Assembly (NCBI GenBank): GCA_038851755.1
Contig: JAWCKR010000001.1
Span: forward strand, 1-64,000
Origin: Candidatus Hadarchaeales archaeon
GTDB taxonomy: Archaea; Hadarchaeota; Hadarchaeia; Hadarchaeales; WYZ-LMO6
Reading direction: 5' to 3'
Length of the DNA: 64,000 nt
A model generated the notes under the pieces. That model had not been told where the DNA came from, ran no database searches, and saw only the letters and a list, made by a program, of their open reading frames with translations. Shown here one piece after another: positions 46,579-60,482 of the stretch. Positions within the stretch are counted from its first letter, which is position 1. The number at the start of each line of letters is the position of its first letter. The translations under genes were made by a program, and so were the position numbers.

Positions 46579-47706
46579 TTAGCCCTTGAACCTCACGAAC
46601 CTCTCCCCGATTCCCCTGGCCTTGGGGTGGTGGAGGTGATCCAGGGCCGTCCCCTTCGCCTCCCTTATCCCCATCCACTCCACCAGCTCCCTGAACCTTC
46701 CGCCCGCCAGCCCGTCCGCCACGACCGCGTAACCCTGGGCCGTCTCCTTGGTGAGCCTCGCCCCCTCCAGTCCGCCCACCTCCCTCACTTCACCCAGCCT
46801 GCGCTCCAGCTCCTCCCTGATCCTCCTTATCCTGGTGAGCCTCCCCGAAACCAGGAGTTCCCTCGGCCTTTTCACCGAGACCCTCATGGAAGCCACCGCC
46901 TTCTCTATTCCCTCCATCATGGCCTCGAAGGCCAGCTCGAACCTCTCCCCCCTTCCCTCGACGAACCTCTCGGGGTCCATCTCCCCCGTGATGGTGGCCG
47001 CGCCCCCCACGAAACCGTCCCCCCTCTCCCACCTCCCCACCAGCTGCACCAGCTCCCCGTCGAGGGAGGATGCCGTGAGGAAGCCTATTCCCGGGAAGGT
47101 GGTCCCCCCTATCCCGTCCACGATCTTCCCTCCCTCCACCCCCAGCACCGCGTTGTAACCGAACCCCAGCTCTATCAGGATGAAGGAGACCTCCCGGTAC
47201 GGGATACCCAGCCTGGAGGCCTGGGAGTGGACCCCCAGCACCGCCACCGCCATCTTGTCCGCCGTCCCCATGTCCAGCTTGTTGACCTTCCTGAACTCGG
47301 GGACCGTGGGCAGCTCCACCACGGAGGGTATGAAGACCACCGGAAGTCTCTCCTTCCTCATCCAGAGGCAGGCCTCGGTCATGTTCCTGTAGAGGATCGC
47401 CCCGAAGAGCCCCCCTTCGATGGCCTTCAGAACCTCCTCCTTGGTGGTGAGGAGGATGTAGTTGTAGTACCACTGCTCGAACCTCTCCTCGGGGACCTCC
47501 TCTATCCTCGTCAGCTCCACCCCGTACCCGGAGGGTCCGGCGATGAGGTCCACGGGTAGTGCCTCCTCAACCGCCTCCCTGAAGAGATTGGGTCTCTTCA
47601 CCAGCTCGGCGTTGTCCAGTGACCTCTCGTAAACCACCCCCCCGTCCTCCAGACCGCAGAGGTCCATGCTCCTGGTCCCCGGATCTATCCCCAGCACCCT
47701 CACCAT
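46579..47706 (-). CDS. DUF1464 family protein (butyrate-kinase-like ASKHA fold)
   Basis: GIDPGT, AGPSGYG, DMGTADK, ELGFGY, IVDGIGGT, AQGYA. Confidence 0.85.
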   Translation of the reverse strand: MVRVLGIDPGTRSMDLCGLEDGGVVYERSLDNAELVKRPNLFREAVEEALPVDLIAGPSGYGVELTRIEEVPEERFEQWYYNYILLTTKEEVLKAIEGGLFGAILYRNMTEACLWMRKERLPVVFIPSVVELPTVPEFRKVNKLDMGTADKMAVAVLGVHSQASRLGIPYREVSFILIELGFGYNAVLGVEGGKIVDGIGGTTFPGIGFLTASSLDGELVQLVGRWERGDGFVGGAATITGEMDPERFVEGRGERFELAFEAMMEGIEKAVASMRVSVKRPRELLVSGRLTRIRRIREELERRLGEVREVGGLEGARLTKETAQGYAVVADGLAGGRFRELVEWMGIREAKGTALDHLHHPKARGIGERFVRFKG

Positions 47707-47720
47707 CGTGCTCCCTCCTC

Positions 47721-48059
47721 CTAGGTCCCCTCCAGTTTTATCCTATGCCCTCTCCTCACCCCTCCCCTCCTGAGGGTGCCGGGAGGAAACTCCAGCAGGG
47801 CCTCTGAACCCCTGGGAGCCAGGCAGAACCTCCAGGGCTTCATCCTCCTCACCACCTTGACCGCCCTGCCGTCCTTCAGGAAGAGGAGGTCCAGGGGAAA
47901 GCGCACCAGGCAGGTGTGGACGTGCAGGCTTCCCCCCCTGAAGAGGAGGGTAGTGGGTTCTTTCCTGAGCATCTGACCCCTCAGCCTCTTCCAGAAGCCC
48001 TCCGCCACCTCCACCCTCTCTGCCAGCACACGACCCGTGTCCTCATCCACCACCCTCAT
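47721..48059 (-). CDS. DUF192 family protein
   Basis: VAEGFWKRLRGQM, VHTCLVRFPLDLLFL, MKPWR, LLEFPPG. Confidence 0.8.
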   Translation of the reverse strand: MRVVDEDTGRVLAERVEVAEGFWKRLRGQMLRKEPTTLLFRGGSLHVHTCLVRFPLDLLFLKDGRAVKVVRRMKPWRFCLAPRGSEALLEFPPGTLRRGGVRRGHRIKLEGT

Positions 48060-48123
48060 TCGCAGATCCCCCAGGTTCCTTCCACGCGCAATCCTTAAGG
48101 AGTGGGGGAGGTAGGAGAAAGGG

Positions 48124-48891
48124 ATGGAGGCGGAGATCGCTGCCAGGATCATAGGGGAGTTCTCCAAGGAGCTCCTGGAGAACCTGAAACTGGACGCCGC
48201 AGTGGTGGGTGCCGGACCGGCGGGCCTCACCGCAGCGAGGTACCTGGCCAGGGGAGGGAAGAAGGTGGCTGTCTTCGAGAGGAACCTCTGGGTGGGGGGA
48301 GGGATGTGGGGTGGAGGGATCCTCTTCCCCAAGCTCGTGGTGGAGAGGGAGGCCGCCGACCTGCTCCGGGAAGTGGGGGTGAAGCTCCAGGGAGAGGGCT
48401 CTCTGCTGACGGCGGATGCGGTGGAGGTGGTGGCCAAGTGCACCTCCTCCGCCCTCGACGCAGGCGCCAGGATCTTCGTGGGGATGGAGGTGGAGGACCT
48501 GATGGTGAAGAACTCCAGGGTCTGCGGGGTGGTCCTGAACTGGAGGGCCGTGAATCTGGCCAGGATGCACGTGGACCCCATAGGGGTGGAAGCTAAGGTG
48601 GTGATCGATGCCACGGGTCACGAAGCCTTCCTCGCGAGGGTGCTGGAGAGGAAGCTTCCGGGGGTGAGGTTCCCCACCTCCACCGGGAAGATCGTGGGGG
48701 AGGGACCCATGGACGCTGAAGTTGCCGAGAGGGAGATCGTGGAGAACACGAGGGAGATCTACCCTGGCCTGGTGGTGGCGGGGATGACGGCCGGGGCCGT
48801 GTTCGGCTCCCCGCGCATGGGCCCGGTGTTCGGGGGAATGCTGCTCTCCGGAAAGAAGGCGGCGGGACTCGCTCTCAAGCTGCTAACCTGA
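48124..48891 (+). CDS. thi4: Sulfide-dependent thiazole synthase
   Basis: GAGPAG, GGGMWGGG, MHVDP (His at the suicide-Cys position), DATGH, PRMGPVFGGMLLSG. Confidence 0.92.
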   Translation: MEAEIAARIIGEFSKELLENLKLDAAVVGAGPAGLTAARYLARGGKKVAVFERNLWVGGGMWGGGILFPKLVVEREAADLLREVGVKLQGEGSLLTADAVEVVAKCTSSALDAGARIFVGMEVEDLMVKNSRVCGVVLNWRAVNLARMHVDPIGVEAKVVIDATGHEAFLARVLERKLPGVRFPTSTGKIVGEGPMDAEVAEREIVENTREIYPGLVVAGMTAGAVFGSPRMGPVFGGMLLSGKKAAGLALKLLT

Positions 48892-48998
48892 GAGGTGGGG
48901 AAGCCCCACGAACAAGCAAAACTAAAATATCGGCACAAACGACGTTAGCCGATGGTGGACAGACCCGGGAGCCCGTCTCACTCTCAACGACAACTGGG

Positions 48999-50177
48999 GT
49001 GGGTGGTGGGACCTCGCTGAGAAAGATCCTGGTGCTTCTGGTTTTTGTCTGCCTCTCGCTCCTGGTGGCAACCACCTTCCTCCGCGGTGGGGAGAGGATG
49101 GAGGGGGCCCCTCCTTCGTTCGAGGAGAGGGAGAACGAGTTCTGGGGTTCCCATCCCGAGCTGGGTGAGGGTCGAGTAACCTACACCGTCGTGCCAGTAG
49201 AACTCGAATACATCGAAGAAATCGTGCCGATCGGAAAGATAGGCACCATCGGCCATCCCATCCCCACCTCGCACACCTACTGGGTACTGGCCAGGAGGGA
49301 GTTGGGTTTCCCCGAAGACGGTTTCTCGAAGCCCGTCAGAGCACCCGCCGACGGCGTGATCACGAAAATCATCTTCACGTACTGGGCGGGCTTCCCGGAT
49401 TACGGCATCTATCTCAGGCACACCAACACCTTCATGACGGCATTTTACCACCTCTCGGAGCTGAGCGAGGGAGTGCTGGCCAAAATAAGCTCACCCCTGA
49501 GGGAGGGTTACGGCGGGAACGAGGTATACGTTCCGGTGAAGGCGGGGGATATCATCGGGAAAACGTCTTCCGCTATGGGGCAGAGCGCCTGCCTGGACAT
49601 GGGTGCCTACGACAGAGAGGTGCTGAACTTCATCCACCCGGAAAAGTATCCTCTGCCACAGCAGCACGCCATTTCCCCCCTGAACCTCTTCTCGCCCTCC
49701 CTGCAGGAGAGGGTCTACGAAAAGGTCAAAAGGACGACGGAACCGCGCGGCGGTGAATGCGACTACGATCTCAGGGGAAAGCTCTCCGGAAACTGGTTCC
49801 TGGAGGGGACGGATGGATGCACCGGTGAAAACGGGTACCAGAACTACCTCTCCTTCGGTTACGATGTTTACGACCCGCGGCAGTTGAGGATAAGTTTGGG
49901 CTGGAAGTTCCTCGAAGCATTTGGCTTTCCCTCATGGCTTCCCCCCCTATCCGGGGTGGAGGGGAATGCCCCGGACTTCAAGAACGTGGGCGTGAACAGC
50001 GGAAGGATCGTCTACAGGCTTGCACCCGTGGGGGGGGAGAACCTCGCACCCCTGCCAGAAACCACGTGTACCCTGTTGGTGGAGATGATGGACGAAGAAA
50101 AGATCAGGGTTGAGGTCTTCCAGGGCAACGTTCAGAATCCCTCCTTCACCCAAAGGGCGCTGATCTACACCAGGTAG
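48999..50177 (+). CDS. Membrane-anchored/secreted hypothetical protein with M23-peptidase-like fold
   Basis: N-terminal hydrophobic helix; PVRAPADGVI, FYHLSEL, PVKAGDIIG. Confidence 0.6.
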   Translation: MGGGTSLRKILVLLVFVCLSLLVATTFLRGGERMEGAPPSFEERENEFWGSHPELGEGRVTYTVVPVELEYIEEIVPIGKIGTIGHPIPTSHTYWVLARRELGFPEDGFSKPVRAPADGVITKIIFTYWAGFPDYGIYLRHTNTFMTAFYHLSELSEGVLAKISSPLREGYGGNEVYVPVKAGDIIGKTSSAMGQSACLDMGAYDREVLNFIHPEKYPLPQQHAISPLNLFSPSLQERVYEKVKRTTEPRGGECDYDLRGKLSGNWFLEGTDGCTGENGYQNYLSFGYDVYDPRQLRISLGWKFLEAFGFPSWLPPLSGVEGNAPDFKNVGVNSGRIVYRLAPVGGENLAPLPETTCTLLVEMMDEEKIRVEVFQGNVQNPSFTQRALIYTR

Positions 50178-50271
50178 CGGCGGAGGCTGCCCACAGTTTT
50201 CCATCCGTCTGCTTGTCTCCAAGCGAACAGGAAAGCTGGGGAGGGAGGGCATGACTCCGGGCCCTTTGAGG

Positions 50272-50356
50272 CGCCGGGGGAGGGATTTGAACCCTCGGGA
50301 CCCAAAGGGTCACACGCTCTCAAGGCGTGCGCCTTACCTGGCTTGGCTACCCCGGC
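50272..50356 (-). tRNA. tRNA-Ser (anticodon TGA)
   Basis: Acceptor GCCGGGG/CCCCGGC with G discriminator, anticodon arm CACGC-CTTGAGA-GCGTG, long variable arm, GGTTCAAATCC T-arm; no intron; CCA not fully encoded. Confidence 0.93.
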
Positions 50357-50435
50357 CCGGAAAAACTTGGAATGGAGGGGTATAGACCTGACGAAAAACC
50401 CTTTTGGTGGGCCCCCACATGTAGAAGGTGGAAGG

Positions 50436-50771
50436 GTGGAAGCCGGGCTGAGGGATATCCCCAGGCTGGCCTGGTACCTGGAGCTGCTGGCCTTCCTCTG
50501 CGTGGGACTGGGAGTGGTCCTGCTGGGCGTGGACGCGTACTTGGCAGGGGCCGAGCAGCAGCTCTCGGAGCTGGGGACCGAGGCGGAGGGGGTGGAGAGC
50601 ACCCTCAGCTCCGCCGTGGCGGTGGTCCTGCTTCTGGGGGTGATCCTGCTGGTGTGCGGCGGGGGATGCTGGTACCTGAGCCACAGGATTCAGAGGATCA
50701 TGGAGGAGTCCTCCGAGGAGCTGAGGGCCATGGAGGTGAGGAGGGCCGCGCGCGAGGCCCCGAGGGAGTAA
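50436..50771 (+). CDS. Small two-TM membrane protein
   Basis: Two hydrophobic helices and typical codon usage; start moved to GTG 50436 to avoid the tRNA. Confidence 0.55.
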   Translation: MEAGLRDIPRLAWYLELLAFLCVGLGVVLLGVDAYLAGAEQQLSELGTEAEGVESTLSSAVAVVLLLGVILLVCGGGCWYLSHRIQRIMEESSEELRAMEVRRAAREAPRE

Positions 50772-50800
50772 GGATCGGCCTGCCACGGGTCACCCACAGG

Positions 50801-50821
50801 TTTATATATCGGAACCGATAT
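50801..50821 (+). promoter_or_regulatory. TATA box with overlapping palindromic operator upstream of padR
   Basis: TTTATATA at 50801-50808; ATATCGG-AA-CCGATAT at 50806-50821. Confidence 0.65.
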
Positions 50822-50831
50822 CGGGAGTGAT

Positions 50832-51365
50832 ATGTTCGGATGGATGCGGGGGCGGGCCGTCCCCAGGGGCCTGCTGCGCTACTACGTGCTGGAGTCCCTG
50901 AGCGAGAAACCCATGTCGGGCTCGGAACTCATGGACGAAATAGAGAGGAGGAGCGAGGGATGCTGGAGGCCCAGTCCAGGCTCCATCTACCCCCTGCTGG
51001 CCTGGCTCCAGGACACGGGGCACGTGGAGGAGATGCCCCGTGACAAAAGCGGGATGAGGCGCTACAGGCTCACGCGGACGGGGAAGAAGCTCCTCCAGGA
51101 GGAGAGGAGGGTGTGGACGAGGGTGGGAAAAGGGGCGAACTTCTTCGTCCACCCCTTCGGCCCGCCCTGGCACAGGCTACCCCCCGAGAAAACGGCGGAG
51201 GTGAGGAGGGCGATGCGCAGGGTGGTGGTCGCCTTCATGGAGGCCATGGGGACCCTGGCGGAGGAGGCTTCGGGGGAGGCCCTGGAGGGGATGCGCAGGA
51301 TCCTGGAGGAAACGGCCGAGAGGTTCGAGGAGATGAGCCGGAAGCTCAGGGAGGGGAAGAAATGA
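50832..51365 (+). CDS. PadR family transcriptional regulator
   Basis: PMSGSEL, WRPSPGSIYPLL, YRLTRTG. Confidence 0.9.
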   Translation: MFGWMRGRAVPRGLLRYYVLESLSEKPMSGSELMDEIERRSEGCWRPSPGSIYPLLAWLQDTGHVEEMPRDKSGMRRYRLTRTGKKLLQEERRVWTRVGKGANFFVHPFGPPWHRLPPEKTAEVRRAMRRVVVAFMEAMGTLAEEASGEALEGMRRILEETAERFEEMSRKLREGKK

Positions 51366-52354
51366 GGGAAATGGTGAAGGCGGAGGAGCTCACCAGGGTC
51401 TTCAACGGCCTCACCGCCGTGGACCACGTCACCTTCGGGGTGAGGGAGGGAGAGATCTTCGGCTTCCTGGGACCCAACGGGGCGGGGAAGACCACCACCA
51501 TCCACATGCTCACCACCGTCCTGAAGCCCACCAGCGGCAGGGCGGAGGTCTGCGGCTACGATGTGGTGAAAGAACCTGAAAAGGTGCGGAAGTCCGTGGG
51601 GGTGGTGCCCCAGGAGTACACGGCGGACGAGGACCTGACCGGGTACGAGAACGTGATGCTGTGCGCGGACCTCTACGGCCTGCCCAGGGAGGAGAGCAGG
51701 AAGAGGGCCCTGGAGCTCCTCTCCCTGGTGCAGCTGGAGCCCTTCAAGGACAAAAGGGTGGAGACCTACTCGGGGGGGATGAGGAGGAGGCTGGAGCTGG
51801 CCTGCGGGCTCATCAACCGCCCGAAGGTGCTCTTCCTGGACGAGCCCACGCTGGGACTGGACGTTCAGACCAGGGCCTCCATCTGGAGGCACATCCTCTC
51901 CCTGAGGGAGAACTTCGGGATGACGATCTTCCTCACCACCCACTACCTGGAGGAGGCCGACCAACTCTGCGACCGCATCGCCATCATCGACCACGGAAAG
52001 ATCGTGGAGGAGGGAAGCCCGTCGGAGCTGAAGGACTCGCTGGGGGGGGACCTCCTCACCCTGGAGTGCGAGGGAGATGGGGTGGAGGAGGTCCTGAGGG
52101 GCCTGGAGGGGGTAAAGGAGGTGAAGGCGGAGGGGAGGGAGTACAGGGTTAAGGTCAGCAAGGGGGAGACCGTGGCCCCCCTCCTCCTGCGGGCCCTGGG
52201 CGAGAGAGGCCTGACGGTAAAACGCCTCTCCCTCACCAAGCCCACCCTCAACGAGGTCTACCTGGAGAGGACGGGAAAGTCGCTCAGGGACCAGGAGGAA
52301 GGCCCTGAGGAAACCCTCAGGCAGAGGGTGACCCTGTGGAGGGCCAGGAGGTAG
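51362..52354 (+). CDS. ABC exporter ATP-binding protein (DrrA-like)
   Basis: GPNGAGKT, YSGGM, FLDEPT, TTHY; ATG overlaps the padR stop. Confidence 0.92.
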   Translation: MREMVKAEELTRVFNGLTAVDHVTFGVREGEIFGFLGPNGAGKTTTIHMLTTVLKPTSGRAEVCGYDVVKEPEKVRKSVGVVPQEYTADEDLTGYENVMLCADLYGLPREESRKRALELLSLVQLEPFKDKRVETYSGGMRRRLELACGLINRPKVLFLDEPTLGLDVQTRASIWRHILSLRENFGMTIFLTTHYLEEADQLCDRIAIIDHGKIVEEGSPSELKDSLGGDLLTLECEGDGVEEVLRGLEGVKEVKAEGREYRVKVSKGETVAPLLLRALGERGLTVKRLSLTKPTLNEVYLERTGKSLRDQEEGPEETLRQRVTLWRARR

Positions 52355-53175
52355 GGGGCCGGCCCCTTCAGGGCTTTCTCGCCCTTACCAGGAGGGAGCT
52401 GAAGAAGTGGTACAAGGAGCCCCTCCTCCTGCTCATCACCGTCCTCCAGCCCCTGATCTGGATGGTCTTCCTCGGGAAGGCCATGAACCTTGGGGCCGTC
52501 TTCGGAGGGGGAGTACCGCCGGACCTGGCCAGGCAACTCATGCTGCGCTCCTTCGGAACCACCGACTACTTCTCCTTCATGGCCACGGGGATGATCGCCG
52601 TCACCTGCCTCTTCACCACCATGTTCACGGGTTTCTCCATCATCTGGGACCGCAGGCTGGGCTTCCTCAACAAGGTCCTGAGCACCCCCGTCTCCAGGGC
52701 CTCCGTGGTCTTCTCCAAGGTCGTCTACGCCACCCTGCGCTCCTCCTTCCAGGTCCTCATCATCCTGGCGGCCGCCTTTGCCCTGGGGCTGAAGGTGGGC
52801 CCGGGCTTTCACCCCCTTCACCTGCTGGGGGTCTTCCTGGTCACCTTCATGGTGTGCGTGACCTTCTCCTCCCTCTTCCTGATGCTGGCCCTCAGGTCCA
52901 CCAGGTGGGAAACCCCCATGGCCATGGTGAACCTGATGGTCATGCCCCTGATGTTCGCCTCCAACGTCTTCTTCCCCCTGGAGCTGATGCCGGGGTGGCT
53001 GAAGGCCATAGCCAGCGTGAACCCCCTCTCCTACACCAACGACGCCGTGAGGCAGTTCACCATCTGGGAACTGAACGCAGGCACCCTCCTGAAGGACCTG
53101 GCCTACCTGGGGCTCTTCAGCCTGGCCATCTCCTCCCTGAGCGTTTACCTGGCCAGGAAGTACCTCTCCCGCTAG
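52336..53175 (+). CDS. ABC-2 type permease (DrrB-like)
   Basis: Six TM segments, [28 protein letters not shown]. Confidence 0.9.
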   Translation: MEGQEVGGRPLQGFLALTRRELKKWYKEPLLLLITVLQPLIWMVFLGKAMNLGAVFGGGVPPDLARQLMLRSFGTTDYFSFMATGMIAVTCLFTTMFTGFSIIWDRRLGFLNKVLSTPVSRASVVFSKVVYATLRSSFQVLIILAAAFALGLKVGPGFHPLHLLGVFLVTFMVCVTFSSLFLMLALRSTRWETPMAMVNLMVMPLMFASNVFFPLELMPGWLKAIASVNPLSYTNDAVRQFTIWELNAGTLLKDLAYLGLFSLAISSLSVYLARKYLSR

Positions 53176-53543
53176 CCCTTGAGCTCTATCTTGATGTGAA
53201 CCTCGGGCGGGATCTGCAAGCGCATGAGCTGGCGCATCGCCCTCTCATCCGCCTTCACGTAGATGAGCCTCTTGTGGATCCTTAACTCCCACTTGTCCCA
53301 GGTCGCCGTTCCCTCTCCGTCCGGGGCCTTCTTCACGGGTATCACGATGCGCTTGGTGGGGAGGGGGATGGGGCCCCAGACCACCTTCTCCTTCTTCTCA
53401 CGTGCCACGATGCGCTTGGGTGGGAGAGGGATGGGCCCGGACATCTCCACCCCGGTGCGCTGGGCTATCTCCTTGATCTGCGCACAGATCTCATCCAGCT
53501 TCTTATGGTCCGTGCCGGAAAGGTGAATCTTGGCCCGCTGCAT
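53172..53543 (-). CDS. rps10: 30S ribosomal protein uS10 with 21-aa insertion
   Basis: [37 protein letters not shown]; 123 aa. Confidence 0.93.
   Translation of the reverse strand: MQRAKIHLSGTDHKKLDEICAQIKEIAQRTGVEMSGPIPLPPKRIVAREKKEKVVWGPIPLPTKRIVIPVKKAPDGEGTATWDKWELRIHKRLIYVKADERAMRQLMRLQIPPEVHIKIELKG
53343..53438 (-). repeat. 33-bp imperfect direct repeat inside rps10 (63-bp period)
   Basis: Copies at 53343-53375 and 53406-53438, 29/33 identical. Confidence 0.9.
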
Positions 53544-53583
53544 GCCTGCACCCCTCACCTTCTGCCCGGGGGGTAAAAAAGGT

Positions 53584-54846
53584 TCACTTGGCCTTCACCA
53601 GGTCTATGCACACGCCCGCCGCGATGGTCATACCCATGTCGCGGATCGCGAACCTGGCAAGCTGGGGTATGTCCGAGACCTTCTCGATCACGAGGGGCTT
53701 CGTGGGCCTCACCCTGATGGTGGCCATGTCCCCCCTCTTTATGAACTGGGGATGCTCCTCCACCACCTGGCCCGTCTTCGGGTCCATCTTGTTGATGATT
53801 TCCGTGATCTGGCAGGCCACCTGAGCGGTGTGAACGTGGAACACGGGCGTGTAGCCCGCCGCTATGGCCGTCGGGTGCTGCAGGACCGCTATCCTGGCCA
53901 CGAACTCGCTAGCCACCGTTGGCGGGGAGCTCGGCAGGCCCGCCACGTCACCCCTCCTGATCTCGTTCTTGGCTATACCCCTGATGTTGAACCCGATGTT
54001 GTCCCCTGGCTCCGCCTTGGGGATGGACTCGTGGTGCATCTCTATGGACTTCACCTCGCCCGTCTTCCCGGAGGGCTCGAACACCAGGGTGTCACCCACC
54101 TTGAGCACGCCCGTCTCCACCCTACCCACGGGCACCGTTCCCACACCCGTGATGGAGTACACGTCCTGGATGGGAATCCTGAGGGGCTTGTCTATGGGCT
54201 TGGGAGGTATCACGAAGGCGTCCAAGGCCTGCAGCATGGTGGGGCCGCTGTACCACTTCATTTTCTCGCTCGGCTTCGTCACGTTCTCTCCGTGGAAAGC
54301 CGCCACCGGTACGAAGGGGAACTTGTCCGCGTTCCTGAAGCCAACCACCTTCAGCATCTCCATAATCTCCGACCTCAGCTTCTCGTAGACTTCCTTCTTG
54401 TAGTCCACGAGGTCCATCTTGTTGATGGCCACCGCCAGCTGCCCCACCCCCAGCGTGAAGGCGAGGGCGGCGTGCTCCCTCGTCTGGGGCATGATCCCGT
54501 CGTCCGCAGCCACCACCAGGATGCCTGCGTCAGCCTGGCTGGCCCCTGTAATCATGTTTTTGACGAAGTCCCTGTGACCGGGAGCATCTATCAGGGTGAA
54601 GTAGTACTTGTCGGTCTCGAACTTCCTGTGGGCGAGGTCTATCGTGAGCCCGCGCTCCCTCTCCTCCTTCAGATCGTCCATCACCCAGGCGAACTTGAAG
54701 GTCTTGCCCTTGTCCCCCAGGGCCTCGAACTTCTTTATCTCCTCCTCCTTCACCGCTCCCTTCTCGAAGAGCAACCTCCCCAGGAGGGTGGACTTGCCAT
54801 GGTCCACGTGCCCCATCGTCACCAGGTTCAGGTGTGGCTTGGCCAT
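53584..54846 (-). CDS. tuf: Elongation factor 1-alpha
   Basis: [38 protein letters not shown]. Confidence 0.97.
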   Translation of the reverse strand: MAKPHLNLVTMGHVDHGKSTLLGRLLFEKGAVKEEEIKKFEALGDKGKTFKFAWVMDDLKEERERGLTIDLAHRKFETDKYYFTLIDAPGHRDFVKNMITGASQADAGILVVAADDGIMPQTREHAALAFTLGVGQLAVAINKMDLVDYKKEVYEKLRSEIMEMLKVVGFRNADKFPFVPVAAFHGENVTKPSEKMKWYSGPTMLQALDAFVIPPKPIDKPLRIPIQDVYSITGVGTVPVGRVETGVLKVGDTLVFEPSGKTGEVKSIEMHHESIPKAEPGDNIGFNIRGIAKNEIRRGDVAGLPSSPPTVASEFVARIAVLQHPTAIAAGYTPVFHVHTAQVACQITEIINKMDPKTGQVVEEHPQFIKRGDMATIRVRPTKPLVIEKVSDIPQLARFAIRDMGMTIAAGVCIDLVKAK

Positions 54847-54897
54847 CTTCTCGACCTTAGTCTCGATTGTCCTCCCGGATTTAAATCTTTTTGCGTT

Positions 54898-55503
54898 TCA
54901 CCTGGCCTTTTCGGCTATCCTCTCTATCTCTTCCTTCCTGGCCACGGCGTAGCTCTTGGAGTCGTACTGGGAGGCCAGGATGATCTCCTCTGCCAGGCAC
55001 TCCTCTATGGGCTTTTTGTTTCTGAAGGAGGCGGCGAAGGCCCCCGCCGCCAGGTTCATCAGGGCCACGTCAATCCCCCTGGCTGGAGAGGCGTCCACCG
55101 CCAGGTGGTAGGTGATGCCCCCGTAGGTGATCCTCGTCGTTTCCTCCCTGGGGGCGGCGTAGTGGATGGCGTCCACCAGCACCTGCAGGGGGTTCTTCTT
55201 CGTCCTCTCCTCTATGATCTCAAAAGCCCTCTTCACGATGTTGTAGGCCTTGTGCTTCTTCCCGCACGCCCCTGCCCCCCTGATCACCTTCCCCCCTATC
55301 TTCTTGGCCCCGGGACCCGACCTCATGACCTTGTTGATAAGGCGCTCCACTATGGGCACCTCCGCTTTGCCCAAGCTCCTGGAGGCCTGCCTCCCCCCGG
55401 AGGACAGGGCGAGGGTGGGCTGCAATCTCAGGTACCTCTTCATCCCCGGGTCCCTGATCTCCACCCCCTCCGCGGACCACTTCCCAAAGTACTTCATCTC
55501 CAA
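54898..55503 (-). CDS. rps7: 30S ribosomal protein uS7
   Basis: IVERLINKVM, NPLQVLVDAI, APREETTRI, KEEIERIA. Confidence 0.95.
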   Translation of the reverse strand: MEMKYFGKWSAEGVEIRDPGMKRYLRLQPTLALSSGGRQASRSLGKAEVPIVERLINKVMRSGPGAKKIGGKVIRGAGACGKKHKAYNIVKRAFEIIEERTKKNPLQVLVDAIHYAAPREETTRITYGGITYHLAVDASPARGIDVALMNLAAGAFAASFRNKKPIEECLAEEIILASQYDSKSYAVARKEEIERIAEKAR

Positions 55504-55507
55504 GCCC

Positions 55508-55936
55508 TCACCTCGCCGGTTTTTCCTTCCTGCCCTTCACCAGCTCCTTCAGGGAGACACCGTTCACCTTCACCACCCTGTACCTCACCCCAGGGATGTC
55601 CCCCTTCGGACCCCCCTGGGCACCTCCTATCCCCTCTATGATCACCTCGTCGTGCTCGTCGATGAACCCTATGGCCCCGTCACCGGGGGCGAAGGCGGTG
55701 ACCTGCCTGCCGTTCTTCACGATCTGTACCCTCACGCACTTCCTTATGGCCGAGTTGGGCTGCTTTGCCTCCATCCCCACCTTCTCCAGAACGATGGCCC
55801 TCGCCTGCGGGGCACCCTCCAAGGGATCGGCTTTCTTGTCCAGCTCCAGCACCCTCCGCTGGTAAGCCGAGTCCTTCCACCTGAACCTCTGCCTGCTGGA
55901 CCTCAGCTTCCTGGCCGCAAATTCTCCCTTTCCCAT
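55508..55936 (-). CDS. rps12: 30S ribosomal protein uS12
   Basis: [28 protein letters not shown]. Confidence 0.96.
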   Translation of the reverse strand: MGKGEFAARKLRSSRQRFRWKDSAYQRRVLELDKKADPLEGAPQARAIVLEKVGMEAKQPNSAIRKCVRVQIVKNGRQVTAFAPGDGAIGFIDEHDEVIIEGIGGAQGGPKGDIPGVRYRVVKVNGVSLKELVKGRKEKPAR

Positions 55937-55957
55937 CTCATCCCTTCCGGCGCTCCC

Positions 55958-56382
55958 TCATTTTATTATTATGTTGTGGATTCCGCAGTTCCTCTGGGCA
56001 AGCTTCTTCGCCCTCTTGATCCTTGCCCCGCCCTTCCCTATCGCCAGCCCCTTGTCCTGCTGCCTCACCTCCAGCACCGCCACCTTCTTCCCGTCCTCCT
56101 CCATGAAGGTCAGGGAACCTATCTGGGCGGGGGAGAAGAGCAGCCTGAGGAACTCCTCCGGATCCTCCGAGTATCCCACCACCTCCACCTCCTTTCCGAG
56201 GAGCCTCCTGAGCTTCTTTATATGGCACCCGTTCTTCCCCACGCAGAGCCCCACCAGCTCCTTCTGCACCAGAAACACCAGCCTGTTCTCCCCCTCGCTG
56301 AGGATGCAATCCCTGGCCTTCACCCCGCTGACCATCTCCAGGAGGGAGATGTACCTCATCTCTTCCTCGCTGAGGGTGATGT

Positions 56383-56386
<4 letters not shown>
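55958..56386 (-). CDS. nusA: Archaeal NusA (two KH domains)
   Basis: CVGKNG, KGLAIGKGG; conserved position between L30e and S12. Confidence 0.9.
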
Positions 56387-60470
<4,084 letters not shown>

Positions 60471-60482
60471 TCCCTCACCTCC

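Noticed and set aside
48892-50356. Integrated element at tRNA-Ser
   Set aside because: No integrase, and no duplicated tRNA 3' end found by eye.
50272-50356. tRNA-Sec or suppressor tRNA
   Set aside because: The anticodon reads TGA on the coding strand and decodes UCA (Ser); TCA is only the plus-strand reading; 7-bp acceptor stem.
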